A stretch of DNA of 64,000 nucleotides, from assembly GCA_963767925.1 (NCBI GenBank), contig CAVYGB010000008.1:2912001-2976000 (forward strand), read 5' to 3'. The number at the start of each line of letters is the position of its first letter. The stretch's first letter is position 1. The DNA is from an uncultured delta proteobacterium. GTDB taxonomy: Bacteria; Myxococcota_A; Polyangia; Fen-1088. Shown one piece after another: positions 59,101-64,000 of this stretch. The notes under the pieces are model-generated. The model worked only from the letters and a program-made list of their open reading frames with translations, had not been told where the DNA came from and searched no databases. The translations under genes were made by a program, and so were the position numbers.

Positions 59101-59203
59101 CCCCCGCGAGTGGCGCCAGGAGCTGCTCGAGGCCATGCGCGAGCGGGCGCCCGAGCAATACGGGGAGGAGGTTCGCAAGTACTACGAGGAGCTGCGCAAG
59201 TGA
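56135..59203 (+). CDS. DUF4175 family membrane protein
   Basis: Three N-terminal TM, SDLLSAVEL, YPPYTG, ATDDFGLG, YRVEAKDND..SG, long coiled-coil, terminal PEQYGEEVRKYYEEL. Confidence 0.8.
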   Translation: MSEIDRIRGFLREVRRRAYWEASLRLGGITLAAILVTLFVMALCASHIGPAGFWPKVTVTVLIILTLLGVAAGAFGPIRRLRSEVGVARFVGRRHPPLASDLLSAVELAGTEAPTRGTSTTILRAFLDSVATAVTPVDLRRLVPFRPAALAGSAVGAAGLLLLLTALLLPGTVARGLGLLLRVPTRFEGAVVSNEPLIGDVRISYSYPPYTGLPGRVVEGSTGDIVAVKGTQVVLETRLLRSAREALLLLGDAGDAGERPVELLDGRLRATFKLEESGSYRVWLSPLLGRPVREARAHRIVAEPDQAPRVEIFGPADRLELATPRPIEVGFSATDDFGLGPVELIYRVEDGAEQRIRLKEGAPGMRATQGRTVFEPNLDRAAPGSRVAYRVEAKDNDGVSGNKTGSSRTLYLVIADPRESLDEQLLREREILDQLLDNLADRLEALDPEPEGARPAASGAARWSGASSSSWDASSKLVPWFAAHEALESHVAALGRIIDDERRAGSGSKAVLAALSSIADRLARRLREESALLGSLRGRAHLSLSNPETPGGSSYDRLLKHEAKHAEELETAVLLLDDLIGRQRLEDLADMAKTLADTYKRLQDLLSRYQATKDEALRRQIEREIRDLQARIEQLGSKIAALKARNEVPSEWQNMPDLSKAMERASAFSNLLEKGDPKSLQKALSDLGSALGDVRKMLEGNAESFGENRFAQENKAVSEALRQIGELESDERMLAGDSSALAEETEQQAAKARAAEMDRFLAEARDKAEKLRRRLGKSAPEDLSEDGQDELKRAQESAKQLRRLLGEHEWGEGKKEAERAVSSLRRLRRELDRREQKNPGPSAEGEEFSESMGEARSIAQEIASDLEKLTPRPGEGMSGEQRGRAQGMAQRQRSLAERAEELAREASRNAGKAGGLDQAASELREVGEQMGQAQQDMSRGDPREGSGKAREAADRLAKLRDELRDGRRESSGRNRREPVRIPGADESKAPREWRQELLEAMRERAPEQYGEEVRKYYEELRK

Positions 59204-60849
59204 TCACCCGCGGTCTGACCCTCCTCTTGCCGCTCGTCGCCGCCCTGGCGACCCCCGCCGGGGCCCAGGCCCCCGCCGCCGGTCCCCCCGCGGCGGTGAA
59301 CCAGTCGCTGGCCAAGGGCACCGGCAAGTACCTGCCCACCGAGGACGGGGCCAAGGTCGAGCGTCTGCTCGACGAGTGGCGCTTCGCCGAGGGGGAGGCC
59401 GCCCTGTCCGCCCTCGGCGCCAGCCGGGGCAGCACGGCCGAGGTGCTCTACCTGGGCGGCTACGCCCGCTTCCTGGCCGGCGACTACCCCGCCGGGGTGG
59501 CCAAGCTGCAGGCGGCGCTCGAGCTGGCCCCCGACGACAACAACATCAAGAGCCTCGGCGCGCTGGTGGCGGCGGCCCAGAAGGCCGTCGAGGGGCACAG
59601 CGAGCGGCGATCGAAGCACTTCGTGCTCCGCCATCCTCCCGAGGACGACGTGCTGGCCGAATACGCCCTCGAGGCGCTGGAGGCGGCCCTCGGCAACCTG
59701 AGCGCCGATCTGGGCTTCGTCCCCAGCCGCCCCATCCACGTCGACCTTTACCGGGCCCCCAGCGACCTGGCGGCGGTCTCCACCTTGACCGAGCAGGAGG
59801 TGCAGCGGACCGGCACCATCGCCCTGTGCAAGTGGGGCCGGCTCATGGCCACCAGTCCCCGGGCCCTCAGCTACGGCTATCCCTGGATCGACAGCCTGTC
59901 GCACGAGCTGGTCCACTACGTCGTCTCGGCGCTGTCGCGGGACCGGGCCCCGGTCTGGCTGCAGGAGGGGCTGGCCAAGTTCCTCGAGCGGCGCTGGCGC
60001 GATCCCCCCAGCCCGGCCCTGCCGCCCGTGATGCAGCACCTGCTGGCCAAGGCCCTGGCGGCCAACAAGCTCATCGGGTTCGATCGCATGCACCCCTCGA
60101 TGGCCAAGCTGCCCACCGCCGAGGACGCCTCGCTGGCCTTCGCCGAGGTGGCCACCGCGGTGGCCTCGCTGCACGCCCGGGGCGGGATGCAGGCCCTGCG
60201 CGAGGCGATCGCGGGCGTGCGCGAGGGGCTCGACGCCCGGGCGGCGGTGGCCCAGGCGTCCGGGGGGAGCTGGGCGGAGTTCGAGCGCAACTGGAAGGGC
60301 TTCATGGCCGCCCAGAAGTACCGGACCTTCCCGGGGATGGAGCCGGTCACGCGCAAGTTCCGCAAGTCGGCGGCCATCAACTCCCGCCGGGCCCCGACCG
60401 AGGACGAGGAGATCCTGTCGCTCAACGCGCCGGCCAGGTATTTGCGGCTGGGCAACATGCTCCTGCGCCGGAACCGCCCCCGGGCGGCGGCCATCGAATA
60501 CGAGAAGGGATCGCGGCTGGCGGGCCGCGGGCACTGGCTGTTCGAGGTGAAGCTCGGGCGCACCTACCTCGCCCTGGGGCAGCCCGACCGGGCGATCAAG
60601 GCGGTGTCCGACCTGCTGACCCTGCAGCCCGAGCTGCCCTGGCCGCACCTGATCGCGGGCCAGGCCTTGCTGGAGAAGGGTGAGGCGCAGGCGGCGATCT
60701 CCGCCCTCGAGATGTCGATCGCCACCAACCCGTTCGATCCCGGCGTTCACTGCAGCCTCGCCGAGGCCTACGCCAAGCTCGCGAGCCCCGAGGTCGCCAC
60801 CCGCCGCGCGCGGGCCGAGCGCCACTGCCGCGAGCTGCGCGTCCAGTAA
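59200..60849 (+). CDS. TPR-containing peptidase MA-like metalloprotein
   Basis: GTGA overlap with DUF4175; signal peptide; HELVH...PVWLQEGLA gluzincin-like motif; TPR-like helices at both ends. Confidence 0.82.
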   Translation: MITRGLTLLLPLVAALATPAGAQAPAAGPPAAVNQSLAKGTGKYLPTEDGAKVERLLDEWRFAEGEAALSALGASRGSTAEVLYLGGYARFLAGDYPAGVAKLQAALELAPDDNNIKSLGALVAAAQKAVEGHSERRSKHFVLRHPPEDDVLAEYALEALEAALGNLSADLGFVPSRPIHVDLYRAPSDLAAVSTLTEQEVQRTGTIALCKWGRLMATSPRALSYGYPWIDSLSHELVHYVVSALSRDRAPVWLQEGLAKFLERRWRDPPSPALPPVMQHLLAKALAANKLIGFDRMHPSMAKLPTAEDASLAFAEVATAVASLHARGGMQALREAIAGVREGLDARAAVAQASGGSWAEFERNWKGFMAAQKYRTFPGMEPVTRKFRKSAAINSRRAPTEDEEILSLNAPARYLRLGNMLLRRNRPRAAAIEYEKGSRLAGRGHWLFEVKLGRTYLALGQPDRAIKAVSDLLTLQPELPWPHLIAGQALLEKGEAQAAISALEMSIATNPFDPGVHCSLAEAYAKLASPEVATRRARAERHCRELRVQ

Positions 60850-61177
60850 CGCCGGCGTTTCGGCCCGGGGAACGCGCGGGATACGCCGGAGGTCCATCCG
60901 GCGATCGAGCCGCGCGCGTCCGGTGCGCGCCGATCTTCCGTCGAGGATCGTGTTCGAACGTCGGCGCGGATCTTCCTCGGCGACGACAAAAAAAAACAAT
61001 TCTTCCAAACCCGCCGTGAGCAGCAGCACCTGATTGCGCGCGCGTTCTCGGTGTGAGTCCGCAGTCGATCTGATCGCGTGGGCGAGGAAAGCCAAACATC
61101 GTCACATCGCTTTCCTTCACCTACGAACGAGACTATGGTATCGCCCGGAGCTGACGACTCTTCCAGGAGGACACTAA

Positions 61178-61750
61178 ATGAAACGTAGTCTCGCTATGAC
61201 AGTGCTGGCCCTCGGACTCATCGCTTTTGGTTGCGATGATGAACCGAGCGGAACCCCGGACGCCGCGTCCGGTGGTCGCGGCGGCTCCGGTGGCTCGGGT
61301 GGTTCCGGCGGCACCGGCGGCGGCACCGGCGGTACCGGCGGTGGCACCGGCGGTACCGGCGGCACCGGTGGTCGCGCTCCGGATGCTCGGCAGCCGGACG
61401 CCAACCGTTCGGAGCGCCCTCGTGACTCGGGCGGGGCCGATCGGGCCGGCGACGGTCGCCGTCCGGACTCGGCCGGTGCGGACACGGGTGGCGCTTACGC
61501 CGACCTTTGCAGCAGCTACCAGGGTGGCGGTCTGCTGGCCGGAATCTCGGCTGGCGACTTCTGCAACCAGTACATGAACACCTGCTCGTTCGGAGCGAAG
61601 AACCGCCCCTCCAACATGGGCGATTGCGTGAAGAAGTACGCGGCTTCGGGCAACCAGGGCCGTCGCGCGGGCTTCCTCTGCAGCGCCAAGGGCGGCCTCG
61701 GCCTCCAGAACTGCGATCGGGCGGCGGGCTTCGGTCTGACCGTCGAGTAA
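61178..61750 (+). CDS. lipoprotein with a Gly/Thr linker and a six-Cys C-terminal domain
   Basis: AGGAGG RBS; signal peptide ending IAFGC; GGS/GGT repeats; own terminator. Confidence 0.8.
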   Translation: MKRSLAMTVLALGLIAFGCDDEPSGTPDAASGGRGGSGGSGGSGGTGGGTGGTGGGTGGTGGTGGRAPDARQPDANRSERPRDSGGADRAGDGRRPDSAGADTGGAYADLCSSYQGGGLLAGISAGDFCNQYMNTCSFGAKNRPSNMGDCVKKYAASGNQGRRAGFLCSAKGGLGLQNCDRAAGFGLTVE

Positions 61751-61772
61751 TCGCGACAAGCGGTTCGAACAG

Positions 61773-61810
61773 CGCCCGTCACCCTCCGGTGGCGGGCGTT
61801 TTTCTTTTCT
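61773..61810 (+). terminator. Rho-independent terminator
   Basis: Stem CGCCCGTCACC-ctcc-GGTGGCGGGCG followed by TTTTTCTTTTCT. Confidence 0.85.
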
Positions 61811-61962
61811 GACGCGCAAATCGGAACAATCGGAGGAGCAGCCACGAGAAAAATCCCCCGGTTGACGCGTCGCCCGTAACCTATTATAAGGACCCCCTGG
61901 CGTGGTTCCGATGGCGGGCTGAGCCGTTGATCTGAGACCCCGAGTCCGACAAAGATTCAGAC

Positions 61963-63744
61963 ATGCGCCTTCCCTTCCGTGCCTGGACCGCGCTCGCGTT
62001 TTGTTGCGGTCTGGTACCGGTGGCCAGATCGGCGGAGGCGCAAGGGCCCGCCGGCGGTCTCCGCCTGCGTTACACGTTCCAGCCCGACTGTTACCGGTCG
62101 TCGCTGAGCGCGGCCTGCGAGACGCCGAAGACGAACATGCGGCTCGACCTGGGCCCCCAGATCGCCGTCTGGCTGGAGAAGGCCGACCGCAGCACCTTCG
62201 TGGCCGACCTCATGGTCACCAACCTGACGGCGGTGCGGGGAATCGGAAACCGCCCCGGCTACTGGAAGTTCCCCTCCACCTGGCGGTTCCCCTACGGCAA
62301 GCGGAAGATGTCGCTCCCGGTCTGGGCTCACGCCCGCGGCCGCCTCTACGACACCGTCATGATGCAAGACGATGGTGGCGACTCCGGGGGCGAGATGGGG
62401 ATCGGCTTTCACGAGTCGATCTCGTCGCCCGACCCCTACCACTGTCTGACGTTCATGACCTCGCAATGGGTCTTCAACGCCGAGACGGTGGACGCCATCA
62501 CCTGTCCCACCGGCGTGTTCAACAGCTCGAAGGGCCGCCTCGACAGCAGCCAGAAGACGCCCTACCCACCCCGCAGCGACCTGGTCGACTTCATCGACCG
62601 GGACTGCGACGTGGTCTGGAACCAGCCCGGGCAGTGCCCGCAGCAGATGAAGAGCTCCACCCGCTACGCCACCATGAACGACCTCGACATGGTGGCCGCC
62701 GCGACCCCCCTCTACGGGCGCCCTTACACCGGCACCTGGACCATGCCCGCCGACCTGCCCGACGGGGACTACGCCCTCATGGTGGAGATCAACAAGGAGT
62801 TCGACGGCAACGCCAGCCACCGCTACGAGTCCTACGTCGATCCCCGCCTGCCCGACGCCGGCTTCACCAACAACTTCGGGCAGCCGGCGGTCGTGTACCG
62901 GGTCCCGATCCGGCTCGATCGCACCGCCGCGGAGCAGGCGGTGGCGGTCGACATCACCGGTTACGCGGACTGGGACGGGGCCAGCGGCAAGTTACACCCC
63001 GCCGACGCCACCATCAGCGACGCGCCCGGCTCGGGCCGGGGCCGCCTGCTGACCATCGATCAGCCCTCCGTGAAGGGGGGGCCGGCGCTGCGGGGGCGGG
63101 TGCACGTGCTGACCGAGGTGGAGGCGAACCAGGGCCGCTGCCGGCCGTCGCTGATCGGCACCGGCGAGGTGGCCACCCTGGAGGTGCCGAGCGCCACCGT
63201 GACCGCCACCCAGGCCACCGTCCAGTTCGTCGAGCCGGCCGACGGCGACGGCCCGGTCGAGCAGTTCGACATCCGCTACCGGCAAGGCCAGAGCCTGACC
63301 GAGGAGGAGTTCGTCAGCGCGATCCCGGTGCCCACCGTCGCCCCCACCGGCCCCGGCGCCTCCCGCAGCTTCACCCTCCTCGGCCTCAAGCCGAGCACCC
63401 CTTACGTCGTCGGCATCCGGGCCACCGGCGGGTGCCTCAAGCAGGGGCCCCTCGCCCGGCGCACCTTCGTGACCCCGATGCTCGAGTTCAAGCAGCTCTC
63501 CGGCTGCTTCGTCGCCACCGCGGCCTACGGATCGCCCCAGGAGCCCCGCCTGGGCCCCCTGCGCCGGCTGCGCGATTCGGCGCGCCCGCGCAGCCCCCTG
63601 GCCGCCGCCGCCGTCGACGCCTACGAGCGGTCGAGCCCGCCGGTCGCGGCGGTGCTGCGCGAGAGCGAGCTGGCCCGGGCGCTGGTCCGCCGGCTGCTCG
63701 CCCCGCTGGTCGAGGCCCTCGACCCGCGTACGTCTTCGAAGTAG
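61963..63744 (+). CDS. secreted protein with a fibronectin type III domain and a CFI-box-CTERM tail
   Basis: Signal peptide ending AEA; PQIAVWLE; FN3-like LLGLKPSTPYVVGIRA; GCFVATAAYGS...LRRLRD. Confidence 0.82.
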   Translation: MRLPFRAWTALAFCCGLVPVARSAEAQGPAGGLRLRYTFQPDCYRSSLSAACETPKTNMRLDLGPQIAVWLEKADRSTFVADLMVTNLTAVRGIGNRPGYWKFPSTWRFPYGKRKMSLPVWAHARGRLYDTVMMQDDGGDSGGEMGIGFHESISSPDPYHCLTFMTSQWVFNAETVDAITCPTGVFNSSKGRLDSSQKTPYPPRSDLVDFIDRDCDVVWNQPGQCPQQMKSSTRYATMNDLDMVAAATPLYGRPYTGTWTMPADLPDGDYALMVEINKEFDGNASHRYESYVDPRLPDAGFTNNFGQPAVVYRVPIRLDRTAAEQAVAVDITGYADWDGASGKLHPADATISDAPGSGRGRLLTIDQPSVKGGPALRGRVHVLTEVEANQGRCRPSLIGTGEVATLEVPSATVTATQATVQFVEPADGDGPVEQFDIRYRQGQSLTEEEFVSAIPVPTVAPTGPGASRSFTLLGLKPSTPYVVGIRATGGCLKQGPLARRTFVTPMLEFKQLSGCFVATAAYGSPQEPRLGPLRRLRDSARPRSPLAAAAVDAYERSSPPVAAVLRESELARALVRRLLAPLVEALDPRTSSK

Positions 63745-63771
63745 CGCAGCAGCCGGCGGCCCGGCTGGCGA

Positions 63772-64000
63772 TCAGTCGACCCGGGTCTGGCAGCCGAAGC
63801 GGAGCTGCACCGAGACCCCGGCGGTGTCCTTGACCCGCGTGCAGGTCGCCGGGCAGAGGAGCACCTGGGTGGGGCGGCCGCCCAGCGGATCCACGTCGTA
63901 ATACCAGCCGCCGCGGGCGGGATCGCAGCGGTCGCTGCTGACCACGTAGCGCAGGTCCTCGCTGCCGGTGGGGGCCATGTAGCGGACGTTGACCTTCTCG
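63772..64000 (-). CDS. C-terminal end of a myxobacterial Cys-rich exported protein (often VWA-containing); runs off the window
   Basis: KVNVRY...C...GGWYYD.DP...PTQVLLCPATC...FGCQT. Confidence 0.7.
   Translation of the reverse strand, partial: EKVNVRYMAPTGSEDLRYVVSSDRCDPARGGWYYDVDPLGGRPTQVLLCPATCTRVKDTAGVSVQLRFGCQTRVD

Noticed and set aside
61270..61375. GGC/GGT/ACC repeat tract
   Set aside because: Encodes an ordinary Gly/Ser/Thr linker typical of myxobacterial lipoproteins

Overview
A very GC-rich bacterial chromosomal window whose gene content points to Myxococcota (Hanks kinases, KWWFW-tailed, CFI-box-CTERM and MYXO-CTERM-like exported proteins, Cys-rich lipoproteins). In order it carries: a DHH phosphoesterase fragment and tRNA-Leu(CAA); small accessory genes; a Tat-signal 2-hydroxyacid dehydrogenase; a Ser/Thr kinase; a metal-uptake outer-membrane locus preceded by a DUF2946-like leader ORF; an Ehr-type (hydrogenase-4-like, NiFe-ligand-less) membrane complex headed by an HTH-PTS IIA gene, with its small subunit on the opposite strand; lactate permease; OmpA/TSP3; a kinase coupled to two paralogous small membrane proteins; argE plus a NAGS-like gene; an asnB / AMP-ligase / ACP / nadE-like / acyltransferase cassette followed by a secreted beta-helix protein and an (NLGGx)22 repeat protein; a sugar-acid dehydratase pair; carB-greA; a CTAG-flanked MITE-like element; several peptidases; a transglycosylase; an ECF sigma factor; DUF4175; and exported proteins. 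Four apparent single-base frameshifts probably reflect assembly errors. I saw no CRISPR array, rRNA, integrase or transposase. The best candidates for undescribed systems are the ACP-based acyl/amide cassette and its neighbours, the HTH-PTS IIA-headed Ehr complex, the putative metal-sensing leader peptide, and the kinase plus twin membrane proteins. All family calls come from motif recognition by eye; no searches were run.
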